IMG/VR virus record: IMGVR_UViG_3300045988_171378
Source: a virus
DNA length: 35,220 nucleotides
Direction: 5' to 3' (one strand)
Shown one piece after another: positions 25,798-32,749 of the stretch. The position numbers were made by a program, and so were the translations under genes. Positions within the stretch are counted from its first letter, which is position 1, and the number at the start of each line of letters is the position of its first letter. The notes below the pieces were generated by a model. That model saw only the letters and a list, made by a program, of their open reading frames with translations. It had not been told where the DNA came from and made no database searches.

Positions 25798-26781
25798 TTA
25801 AAACGGTAAATTACCGTCTTCTATAGGCTCTAAATCTAAAATCGTTTTATACAGCTTTTCAGATTTAGCAAACAGCTTGTCCGCTTCAGTTTTGGAAATT
25901 TTATTAGCTTGCAAGTATGTCTTTTTTTCACGGTCATACTTAATGCCAACAAAACCGCAACCATTGCCTTTGGTCTTTAATACTTGTAAAACGCCGTCGC
26001 ATTGTTTCAAATCAAAACCGCACTTCGCAACCTGTCCTTTTAAGCGCTCATAATCTTTGCCATCGGTTGACAACATATCTACTCTATACTGAGCTATTAC
26101 GTTGTAAGCTTTATTGCTTATGTTTAAGGAGCCAGCAACATCTTGAATATCGATTAGAAAGCCGCCTTTTTCTGCATTTTTCCGTTGATGAGCCACTAGT
26201 AATACTATTACTTTATAATTCAGCGCAAACGTTCTTATAGCCTCGGTAATACGCGTTTGCTCAGCAAATACATTGCTTGAGATATTATCTATCGAGATCA
26301 TGTTATCGACTAAAAAAAACCTTGTCCCACGTTCTTTATAGCACGCAATCATGCTTTCTAGCATAGTACCTATATCACGTTTTGCTTTATTAGAATAAAT
26401 AAAGATTTTATCAGCAAACTTTGCTTTTAGCTCCCTTTCTTTTTCTTCAGTTACATACCAATCTATTATGTTTGTATCCTTATAACGAATAGCAACATAA
26501 TCTTTTTTCTCGCTGTTTTGATGATACATAAGCTGTAAAAAACTTTGCGCCGTATGTTCTCCTGAAAATACCCAAGCCCTATATCCTTGATCAATAGCTT
26601 TTTTTAAAATACATTGGACTAACGTACTTTTACCTGCGTTTGTATTGGCTACTAAAAGCGTTACTCCTACGCTTAACCCTTTCGTATAGTAATCCAGATC
26701 GTTAAAGCCTGTTAATATGCGTTCTTGACTTACTCTCTCATAAGGTATTTGAGTTATGTCATAATATTGTTCAATCTTCAT
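25798..26781 (-). CDS. DnaB-like replicative helicase (RecA-type ATPase domain)
   Basis: Walker A LLVANTNAGKSTLV and Walker B RFFLVDNM. ATGA coupling to the initiator gene. It ends in ...EDGNLPF. Confidence 0.75.
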   Translation of the reverse strand: MKIEQYYDITQIPYERVSQERILTGFNDLDYYTKGLSVGVTLLVANTNAGKSTLVQCILKKAIDQGYRAWVFSGEHTAQSFLQLMYHQNSEKKDYVAIRYKDTNIIDWYVTEEKERELKAKFADKIFIYSNKAKRDIGTMLESMIACYKERGTRFFLVDNMISIDNISSNVFAEQTRITEAIRTFALNYKVIVLLVAHQRKNAEKGGFLIDIQDVAGSLNISNKAYNVIAQYRVDMLSTDGKDYERLKGQVAKCGFDLKQCDGVLQVLKTKGNGCGFVGIKYDREKKTYLQANKISKTEADKLFAKSEKLYKTILDLEPIEDGNLPF

Positions 26782-27566
26782 TGTTTATCGCTGTCTTCTA
26801 CGTTAGAATTAAGCCATGTTGAAAAGTACGGTATATATTCGAGTTTTCTTCCTTCCCCGTCATTCTCTCTTTTCCATGCTTCGTTATACCTTTCTAAAAG
26901 CTGATAAATCTCTGCGGCTTTTTTACGGGCATCTTCTTTCCTAATACCTTGCAATTTCTTAATAAAAGTGTTTTTGCCTTGCACTTTACTTACCTTACGA
27001 GGATATAGTTCGTAAATATATTTAAAGTAATTTTCTATTTCTTCCTTTGATACTTTATCTTTATCAATATTAGATATAAAATTATTATTTAATATATTTA
27101 TATTATCAGGTATAAATATATCTAAATTATTAGATATATTATCTATATTAGATATAGATATATTATTTTTATTTATTTTATTATTATTTATATTATTATT
27201 TAATATATTTATATTATCTATATTATTATATGTAACAATTTCTTCACTAGGAGAGCACGTTTTGATTCCTACCTCGGGAAAATCAGAAATGTTAATCTGA
27301 TCAATTCTTAAGATTCTTCTAGCCACTGTTTTCCCGTCTGCTTCATACTGAATTTCTCTGTATAAATATCCATTTTGCACTAACGCAGAAAGCCAATCCT
27401 TTATAGTTTTTTCAGTAACTTCATACAGAGTAGAAAAATATTTGTTTGTTGCACAACAAAAACCTTTTTCGACGCAAAGCGCGGCTATCTCGCCGTACAA
27501 CAATCTCGCCCCCATAGCTATTGATTTATCGTACCTTACATTTGCAGGAATAATTGCATAGTCCAT
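26778..27566 (-). CDS. Replication initiator / replisome organiser (winged-HTH N-terminus, DnaD-like C-terminus) with Asn/Ile-rich linker
   Basis: IPANVRYDKSIAMGARLLYGEIAALCVEKGFCCATNKYFSTLYEVTEKTIKDWLSALVQNGYL, then C-terminal YELYPRKVSKVQGKNTF...IPYFSTWLN. Confidence 0.65.
   Translation of the reverse strand: MDYAIIPANVRYDKSIAMGARLLYGEIAALCVEKGFCCATNKYFSTLYEVTEKTIKDWLSALVQNGYLYREIQYEADGKTVARRILRIDQINISDFPEVGIKTCSPSEEIVTYNNIDNINILNNNINNNKINKNNISISNIDNISNNLDIFIPDNINILNNNFISNIDKDKVSKEEIENYFKYIYELYPRKVSKVQGKNTFIKKLQGIRKEDARKKAAEIYQLLERYNEAWKRENDGEGRKLEYIPYFSTWLNSNVEDSDKQ
27069..27218. repeat. AT-rich iteron cluster inside the initiator gene (candidate origin)
   Basis: The 27-bp perfect direct repeat attattatttaatatatttatattatc occurs at 27081-27107 and 27192-27218. 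The 10-mer attagatata occurs at 27069, 27129 and 27147. Confidence 0.55.
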
Positions 27567-27614
27567 TGTTATACCTCTCTATTTTTGTAATCGTTTAACT
27601 AGTCTATTAGTTAC

Positions 27615-27872
27615 TCAAACATTGGCGGGAAAACAATGCTTGATAAAGACTACACCACTTTCATAACGAATGATAAAATTTTTTAATATTAAGATTTCCA
27701 AGTCATCTGTCGATGCGCCTATTAGTCGTACAAGACTTTTCGGGCTGTTCACAAATCCCTCATCGTCAGCGTACATACCAAGCATGAAATATAGAGCCTG
27801 TGTCGATAAGGGCATATCAAGGAAGGCATCACTAGTGACTACTGTTTCTGCAAACATTCTTCTTTCAGCCAT
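27615..27872 (-). CDS. Replication-associated protein, N-terminal-domain-like (weak)
   Basis: RRMFAETVVTSDAFLDMPLSTQALYFMLGMYADDEGFV resembles N-termini of phage replication organisers. RBS ggaga. Confidence 0.4.
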   Translation of the reverse strand: MAERRMFAETVVTSDAFLDMPLSTQALYFMLGMYADDEGFVNSPKSLVRLIGASTDDLEILILKNFIIRYESGVVFIKHCFPANV

Positions 27873-28024
27873 AATTATTTCTCCATTATAATTTTGTATT
27901 TTTTTATAGGCATTTACTCGGTCTTTCTCAAACGTAACGTCTCAATCGACTGTTTTATCGGCTGAGATATTTATGTTTGAGAAACACGTCAAGTTTAACG
28001 GTGTGTAAGGTGCAAAATCGCATT

Positions 28025-28306
28025 TTAATTGCGGTTTAAGTGTTGAATGTTTCTTTTACCTATTTCCCGTCTGTTTTTGCGGACCTCTTCAGTTATCGGA
28101 CGTTTGAAATTTACTGACAGCCGGGACTTTTCAACGTCATAAGTAACCACTCCGGTTTTGTCTTTACTGACCAACCTGCAAAGCTCCGGATATGCCGCGG
28201 CATAATTCGCCAGCTTGCGCTTCATCGGCGCGTTGTATGTATAAATATTTACAACGCTTTCCTCTTCATTAAAAAGTATTATCGTTTCCTTCTCACAATT
28301 TAACAT
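28025..28306 (-). CDS. Hypothetical protein (93 aa)
   Basis: RBS gaggagg. No motif. Confidence 0.55.
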   Translation of the reverse strand: MLNCEKETIILFNEEESVVNIYTYNAPMKRKLANYAAAYPELCRLVSKDKTGVVTYDVEKSRLSVNFKRPITEEVRKNRREIGKRNIQHLNRN

Positions 28307-28326
28307 TTTTTATTCCTCCTCAATTT

Positions 28327-28494
28327 TTATGCAACCCTCGGATTATCTCCGCACAACTTTTCATCCGTCGTATCCAAATAATTTTCTACAATGTCTAACA
28401 ACTTTTCGCCGGTTTCATAAGGCATTTCCTGCAATAACGCCGCGATAAAATAATATAAAAACTCCGTGTTATTTTCAGCTTTTTCTTTAAGCAT
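28327..28494 (-). CDS. Small protein, FLYYFIAALL family, copy A (55 aa, below the track cutoff)
   Basis: Hand translation gives MLKEKAENNTEFLYYFIAALLQEMPYETGEKLLDIVENYLDTTDEKLCGDNPRVA. It is paralogous to 34265..34483 and 33867..33974. Confidence 0.5.
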   Translation of the reverse strand: MLKEKAENNTEFLYYFIAALLQEMPYETGEKLLDIVENYLDTTDEKLCGDNPRVA

Positions 28495-28603
28495 TTGCCT
28501 GTCCCTCCTCGTTTAATAAACTTTGCACTTTCCCTACAAGCGGTTTAATTTTATCTTCTCCGATTATGTCGTACAACATTATCAACAGCAAATATAAATC
28601 CAT
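28487..28603 (-). CDS. Small hydrophobic-start peptide (38 aa)
   Basis: MDLYLLLIMLYDIIGEDKIKPLVGKVQSLLNEEGQANA. RBS ggag. 8-nt overlap with the next ORF. Confidence 0.35.
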   Translation of the reverse strand: MDLYLLLIMLYDIIGEDKIKPLVGKVQSLLNEEGQANA

Positions 28604-28624
28604 TTTTTAAATACTCCAATTTAT

Positions 28625-28653
28625 TTGACTTTTTTAACTGCCTGCCGTATAAT
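28625..28653 (+). promoter_or_regulatory. Consensus promoter of structured RNA A
   Basis: TTGACT (28625-28630), 17-nt spacer, TATAAT (28648-28653). Confidence 0.7.
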
Positions 28654-28659
28654 TAGAGG

Positions 28660-28737
28660 GTCGAGGGGCTTAGGCAGGTTGTTTGCCCCTCGTACCTTTT
28701 CGCCGTCCTTCCATACTACCGTTGGGCGGCTTTTTTA
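28660..28737 (+). ncRNA. Structured RNA, copy A (two hairpins, the second a terminator)
   Basis: Hairpin 1: CGAGGGGC (28662-28669) / GCCCCTCG (28685-28692) with a 15-nt loop. Hairpin 2: GCCGTCC (28702-28708) / GGGCGGC (28724-28730) followed by TTTTTT. Conserved with covariation in two further copies. Confidence 0.55.
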
Positions 28738-28753
28738 CTGCCTCACATTCCGA

Positions 28754-28867
28754 TTAACTCGTTTCTATTACTAATAGAAATTCAAGTATCTCGGTATCAC
28801 TCCAATTTCTAGCCCGAAGTTCGTTTATTATTCGGACTAACTCGTCGCTCCGCAACTCTTTTTCCAT
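28754..28867 (-). CDS. 37-aa first ORF of the module A minus-strand operon
   Basis: MEKELRSDELVRIINELRARNWSDTEILEFLLVIETS. RBS aggtaaagga. Paralogue at 33260..33373. Confidence 0.45.
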   Translation of the reverse strand: MEKELRSDELVRIINELRARNWSDTEILEFLLVIETS

Positions 28868-28923
28868 ATTCCTTTACCTGCCTTTTTAGATTTTCGCAAG
28901 GTCTTTCTCAACCTTACGATTAT

Positions 28924-28952
28924 ATTATACTCAATTTTGATTATATAGTCAA
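28924..28952 (-). promoter_or_regulatory. Consensus minus-strand promoter, module A
   Basis: On the minus strand: TTGACT (28952-28947), 17-nt spacer, TATAAT (28929-28924). Confidence 0.65.
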
Positions 28953-28991
28953 GCGTTTTTTAATATTTTTTGATTATTTTTTAATTATAAA

Positions 28992-29021
28992 TTGACAAAA
29001 TATAATCAAATATGCTATGAT
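28992..29021 (+). promoter_or_regulatory. Plus-strand promoter of the module A HTH gene
   Basis: TTGACA (28992-28997), 18-nt spacer, TGcTATGAT extended -10 (29013-29021). Confidence 0.55.
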
Positions 29022-29042
29022 AGTTTTGTGAGGTGATTAATT

Positions 29043-29267
29043 ATGGCTGGAGCAAAAACTATAAAACAGTTAATGATTGAGCGAAATATAACAGTTAAGG
29101 ATTTAGCTGACGCTATCGGTATAATACCGCAATCTATGAGTAATAAGCTATATCGTGATAATTTCGGAGCTGATGAGCTCGTAAAAATTGCTAAAATTTT
29201 AGATTGCAAAATCGTCGCGGAAACCAACGATAGCAAGAAACAATTTATTATCGATATCAATGAGTAA
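29043..29267 (+). CDS. HTH DNA-binding protein, module A (74 aa)
   Basis: NITVKDLADAIGIIPQSMSNKLYRDNFGADELVKIAKIL. Paralogue of 34986..35198 (NISEAELARRLGVTPQTLNKKMHTDNFSTADLEQIAAAL). Confidence 0.75.
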   Translation: MAGAKTIKQLMIERNITVKDLADAIGIIPQSMSNKLYRDNFGADELVKIAKILDCKIVAETNDSKKQFIIDINE

Positions 29268-29298
29268 GCCGTGACAAAAATAAAAATCTTATAATTTA

Positions 29299-29324
29299 CG
29301 CTGTCCAATCGGATAGCGTTTTTT
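29299..29324 (+). terminator. Rho-independent terminator after the module A HTH gene
   Basis: CGCTGTCC aatc GGATAGCG TTTTTT. Confidence 0.7.
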
Positions 29325-29325
29325 C

Positions 29326-30006
29326 TTACAGCTCCACCTCTTTGTTTTTTGCCTTAAGTCGCCACTTTCCGCAAAGCTCTTTATCCAGCTTAACTGCCTG
29401 TAAATGGTACTTTTCCAAAAACTCGCTCTTGCCGGACGTATGCGCTTCCGTATGGTGCTCGCGGCATAGCGGCAGCGCTCTCATCCCCTCGTGCTCTATT
29501 TCCGTTCTGTCTCTGCCCATGCCCACCGCGTCCACGTGATGCAACTCGGCTTTTCTTCCGCACACCGCGCACCTTTTGTGCATAAGACAGGAATATACAT
29601 ATTTTCCCACGTCCTCGCACAGCTCTCTCAGCGGTACCCGCGTCGGTATCTCATGCGCCAGTATAAAGTCCGTCAGATATGTTATAAAGTCCCTCGCCAG
29701 CGTCACGTCGCAGTCGGATAAACTGAATATCCCCTCTGCCATTCCCTTTAACTCGTCATGTATGTATTTCAGCTTAAACAGTCTTTTTACATATTCCGGC
29801 ATTTCTCCCATGTACTCCGTTATTTCCTCCAGCAGCGCATATGCTCTTCTTCTCTGCTCGTTCGTTATTCTCCGACTGTCCTGTAATACTATCCGACATT
29901 CCTTATATCTGCATCGCGCCAGCGCGGAGATATTTTCGTAATGCGCCCTTATTACCATTTCTCCGCGCTCGTCATAGTCCGTAATTCTGCCGTCGATTAT
30001 TTCCAT
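29326..30006 (-). CDS. HNH-like nuclease associated with the recombination module
   Basis: CAVCGRKAELHHVDAVGMGRDRTEIEHEGMRALPLCREHHTEAH (Cys pair plus His-rich motif). Adjacent to the annealing protein gene. Confidence 0.55.
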   Translation of the reverse strand: MEIIDGRITDYDERGEMVIRAHYENISALARCRYKECRIVLQDSRRITNEQRRRAYALLEEITEYMGEMPEYVKRLFKLKYIHDELKGMAEGIFSLSDCDVTLARDFITYLTDFILAHEIPTRVPLRELCEDVGKYVYSCLMHKRCAVCGRKAELHHVDAVGMGRDRTEIEHEGMRALPLCREHHTEAHTSGKSEFLEKYHLQAVKLDKELCGKWRLKAKNKEVEL

Positions 30007-30009
30007 TGC

Positions 30010-30654
30010 TTAGTCCTTAGCCGGCTTATACGCCTTTACCATTGCTATCAGATCGCTGTATTGCTGCTCCGTCAGCTCGTCATAGCTCTTTGCAGGTATT
30101 GCATTCATAAACATTATTATCCTGTCGTTGGGACACTTGCTCGCCAGCTGATGCTGTTTTACCGTCAGCTTCCTTCCGCTCTCCGCTATCCTCACATCGC
30201 TTGCTACCGATCTTTCCTCCGCCGTTTTCTGCGCGGGAATCGTGATATTTTCTTCCTCTTCTTTTTCGTTTTCCGGTAAATCCTCGCCCGCATAGATATA
30301 TAATCCCAACCCGTGCCGAGCGCACGCTTTGGTCAGACTTCTTTGTATCGCCTTATTCACGTCGCAGCTCGTCACGTTTTCTAACGGTATCGACTGGTTT
30401 CTGTTATTCATGACCGGCAGCTCCTCGATATGCTCGATGCCTTCTATGCTTACCCCCGTTTTCACCCAGCACGTGCGTCCGTCCGTATGATAATTCCACC
30501 CTTGCGCGTTCTCATAAATTACATAGCTCGCCTCCGGGTATCTCTTTTTTACTTCTCCCCATGCGTATGCCCAGGCTAAATACGTCAGTCCGTTCTTCTG
30601 TTCCGTTTTGTCGTTTACGTTTACCGCATTTAATTCTTCAAAATAATTTCCCAT
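30010..30654 (-). CDS. Rad52/Sak-like (DUF1071-type) single-strand annealing protein
   Basis: GLTYLAWAYAWGEVKKRYPEASY...LPVMNNRNQSI...NKAIQRSLTKACARHGLGLYIYAGEDLP matches the family pattern. Confidence 0.7.
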   Translation of the reverse strand: MGNYFEELNAVNVNDKTEQKNGLTYLAWAYAWGEVKKRYPEASYVIYENAQGWNYHTDGRTCWVKTGVSIEGIEHIEELPVMNNRNQSIPLENVTSCDVNKAIQRSLTKACARHGLGLYIYAGEDLPENEKEEEENITIPAQKTAEERSVASDVRIAESGRKLTVKQHQLASKCPNDRIIMFMNAIPAKSYDELTEQQYSDLIAMVKAYKPAKD

Positions 30655-30669
30655 GCTTCCGCTCCTTTC

Positions 30670-30924
30670 CTAAAAGCTTATTATGACGATCTTCCGCGTT
30701 TCTTTATCGTACACCGCTTCGAGCGCGCTATTCCCCTCCGGCGTTTGAACGTCCATGTTTTCATCAAATTTAATTCGCTTCAATACGCTCGTCAGTTCAT
30801 TCGCTAAGCGTCTTCCTCGCGCTACCCCGTCGCATTCTTGCTCGTGCGCTCTGCATGCGTCTTCAAAGAAAAACATATTGCCGCACTTTTCACAAGTATA
30901 AATCGTTTCTGTGGTGGTTTTCAT
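30670..30924 (-). CDS. Small zinc-binding protein (84 aa)
   Basis: CEKCG...CRAHEQEC. RBS aaaggaga. Confidence 0.5.
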   Translation of the reverse strand: MKTTTETIYTCEKCGNMFFFEDACRAHEQECDGVARGRRLANELTSVLKRIKFDENMDVQTPEGNSALEAVYDKETRKIVIISF

Positions 30925-30942
30925 ATCTTTTTCTCCTTTTTT

Positions 30943-30978
30943 GTTTAAGAATTTTACAAAATAACTAGGCTCTTAAAC
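30943..30978 (-). repeat. Solitary CRISPR-like repeat unit (36 nt)
   Basis: The minus strand reads GTTTAAGAGCCTAGTTATTTTGTAAAATTCTTAAAC. It overlaps the stop codon of 30973..31155. Confidence 0.6.
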
Positions 30979-31155
30979 TTTTATACGGTATCCCATATAC
31001 ATATTGCTGTTTTCTTCTACCGCCTCTTCGCTTTCCTCTTCCTCGTCCATATATTCCACTTCCACTCCGAGCTTGTCCAATGCCGCGCATAATTCCGCTG
31101 CCGCGTCGAAATCCTTTACCTTTATTCTTTGTGTTTCCAATACTACCTCGTACAT
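30973..31155 (-). CDS. Small highly acidic protein (60 aa)
   Basis: EYMDEEEESEEAVEE. RBS gaaggag. Confidence 0.5.
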   Translation of the reverse strand: MYEVVLETQRIKVKDFDAAAELCAALDKLGVEVEYMDEEEESEEAVEENSNMYMGYRIKV

Positions 31156-31215
31156 ATCTCTAACTCCTTCAACCCATAGGCTTTTATCCTTCCGGCTGCA
31201 TAATCCGCGTTTCTC

Positions 31216-32001
31216 TTAAACCTTGCCAAAATGAATTTTAATCAGTTCTATAAAGGCCTTATACTCTTTTCCGTAGATATTATCACCATGCGTTTCTTCA
31301 ACCTTTCGTTCAAACTCATTAAGCATGCCGCAAAAACACCCGCATACTATTTTTACTCCCCCATCTTTTTCAATAAATGCTGTTGTAGTATCAAGCCTTA
31401 AGCCGATTTTAGAGCACCATATAATATCTGCGTCACCGGATACACTCGCGTTGCCGTATACCCTCGCGTTGCCGGATACACTCGCGTCACCGCATACCCT
31501 CGCGTTGCCGTATACCCTCGCGTCACCGCATACACTCGCGTTGCCGGATATCCACGCGGCACCGGATATCCACGCGTCACAGCATACCCTCGCGTCACCG
31601 GATACACTCGCGTTGCCGGATACCCTCGCGTTGCCGTATACACTCGCGTTGCCGGATATCCACGCGTCACCGTATACCCTCGCGTTGCCGTATACACTCG
31701 CGTTGCCGTATACACTCGCGTTGCCGGATACACTCGCGTCACCGGATACACTCGCGTCACCGTATACCCTCGCGTTGCCGTATACACTCGCGTCACCGCA
31801 TACCCTCGCGTCACCGGATACACTCGCGTTGCCGGATATCCACGCGGCACCGGATTGACTTAAATTTTCCCCTTTTTCGACGTACCCGCCTAAGTCGCCT
31901 TTCTTGATTCCTAATGCTTTTATTGCCCTTACTGCTCGTATACGATAAAGCGTCACACCTGACTGTTCTATCGTAATATCTGTTAATTCATATTTCTTCA
32001 C
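31216..32001 (-). CDS. YdcK-like hexapeptide-repeat (beta-helix) protein
   Basis: The N-terminus YELTDITIEQSGVTLYRIRAVRAIKALGIKKGDLGGYVEKGENLSQSGAAWISGNA parallels E. coli YdcK. It is followed by 24 consecutive hexads G(N/D)A(S/R/W)(V/I)(S/Y/C). GTG start. Confidence 0.6.
   Translation of the reverse strand: MKKYELTDITIEQSGVTLYRIRAVRAIKALGIKKGDLGGYVEKGENLSQSGAAWISGNASVSGDARVCGDASVYGNARVYGDASVSGDASVSGNASVYGNASVYGNARVYGDAWISGNASVYGNARVSGNASVSGDARVCCDAWISGAAWISGNASVCGDARVYGNARVCGDASVSGNARVYGNASVSGDADIIWCSKIGLRLDTTTAFIEKDGGVKIVCGCFCGMLNEFERKVEETHGDNIYGKEYKAFIELIKIHFGKV
31420..31851. repeat. 24 tandem 18-nt units (coding hexapeptide repeats)
   Basis: Units such as gcgttgccgtataccctc and gcgtcaccggatacactc repeat head to tail. 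This keeps all frames on both strands open. Confidence 0.9.
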
Positions 32002-32177
32002 TGTTTGTCCCTCCTTGCGCTCAACCCGTTTGCGTCTCTCACAAACCCCGACAGCGTATCTACTAACACCTTAAAGCTTCCTTCTGCAAATTCATATGCT
32101 CGCCTGATCGCCGTTTCCTTGTCCGAATATCCGTACCGTCTCAATCCCTCGTCCCGTATTACCGTTACTATATACAT
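31998..32177 (-). CDS. Hypothetical protein (59 aa, below the track cutoff)
   Basis: Hand translation gives MYIVTVIRDEGLRRYGYSDKETAIRRAYEFAEGSFKVLVDTLSGFVRDANGLSARRDKQ. GTGA overlap with the next gene. Confidence 0.4.
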   Translation of the reverse strand: MYIVTVIRDEGLRRYGYSDKETAIRRAYEFAEGSFKVLVDTLSGFVRDANGLSARRDKQ

Positions 32178-32178
32178 G

Positions 32179-32406
32179 CTAACACTCCTCTTTACGGTTC
32201 TTTTCTATCACGTCAAAAAAGTAAGTTTCAGCCTCATCCGATTTCCCGGGCTTCGCCGTCTTCTTGATAAAATCCTTAATCAGCTTGTCCAACGCGGCGT
32301 ATGCGTCGGCATAAAAGCCTAAACATTCCGGCATACTGCCGCTTACGTTTCCGCTTATACTTACTCCGTCTTTTTCCTCCCGTATTACGATTTTCTTCAT
32401 GTCCAT
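32179..32406 (-). CDS. Hypothetical protein (75 aa)
   Basis: RBS aaaggaga. The start may be the second ATG (32400). Confidence 0.5.
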   Translation of the reverse strand: MDMKKIVIREEKDGVSISGNVSGSMPECLGFYADAYAALDKLIKDFIKKTAKPGKSDEAETYFFDVIEKNRKEEC

Positions 32407-32416
32407 TCTCCTTTTT

Positions 32417-32452
32417 ATATAAGAGTTTTACAAAATAACAAGGCTCTAAAAC
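32417..32452 (-). repeat. Solitary CRISPR-like repeat unit (36 nt, degenerate 3' end)
   Basis: The minus strand reads GTTTTAGAGCCTTGTTATTTTGTAAAACTCTTATAT. It overlaps the stop codon of 32446..32706. Confidence 0.6.
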
Positions 32453-32706
32453 TTTATAAGCTCTCTATCGATTTTTTCACGCTGCTCCAAAAGCTCGCGG
32501 CGGCGCTCTTCTATGCGCTCGAAACGCTTGACGGCGCGCTCTTTAGCTCTATAAGCAGGATCCACTTTACGCGCATAATCGTCGCATAATTCCTTGTTCT
32601 TTTCGTATGTAAAAACCTGCGGCTCTTTCATCCAATCCTCGCCTTTAAAGATTGTCCCGTCCGCCGTTACCATAGTGACTTCAAAATTATGCGGTTTATA
32701 TACCAT
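32446..32706 (-). CDS. Hypothetical protein (86 aa)
   Basis: RBS agaggtg. C-terminal charged helix. Confidence 0.55.
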   Translation of the reverse strand: MVYKPHNFEVTMVTADGTIFKGEDWMKEPQVFTYEKNKELCDDYARKVDPAYRAKERAVKRFERIEERRRELLEQREKIDRELIKF

Positions 32707-32749
32707 GTCGCACCTCTGCTTATGTCTTTATATGCCTTTATGTTTCGCG

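Noticed and set aside
27924-27984. Nested inverted repeat TTTCTCAAAC...GTTTGAGAAA (with inner TCTCA/TGAGA) upstream of the replication genes; the outer arm resembles the first 8 nt of the CRISPR-like repeat
   Set aside because: Only 8-10 nt match, and there is no 36-nt unit and no U-run. It may be an attenuator or protein site, but nothing in the sequence discriminates between these.
29015-29308. ORF 29015..29308 (-) antisense to the module A HTH gene
   Set aside because: The plus-strand HTH ORF has a promoter, an RBS, a terminator and a clear paralogue. The antisense ORF has none of these.
31325-31858. Track ORFs 31325..31858 (+) and 31398..31850 (-) with PHTLALP / TRVYP repeats
   Set aside because: They are alternative frames of the 18-nt tandem repeat and have no RBS or start context. 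The YdcK-like frame has a recognisable N-terminal domain and gene coupling.
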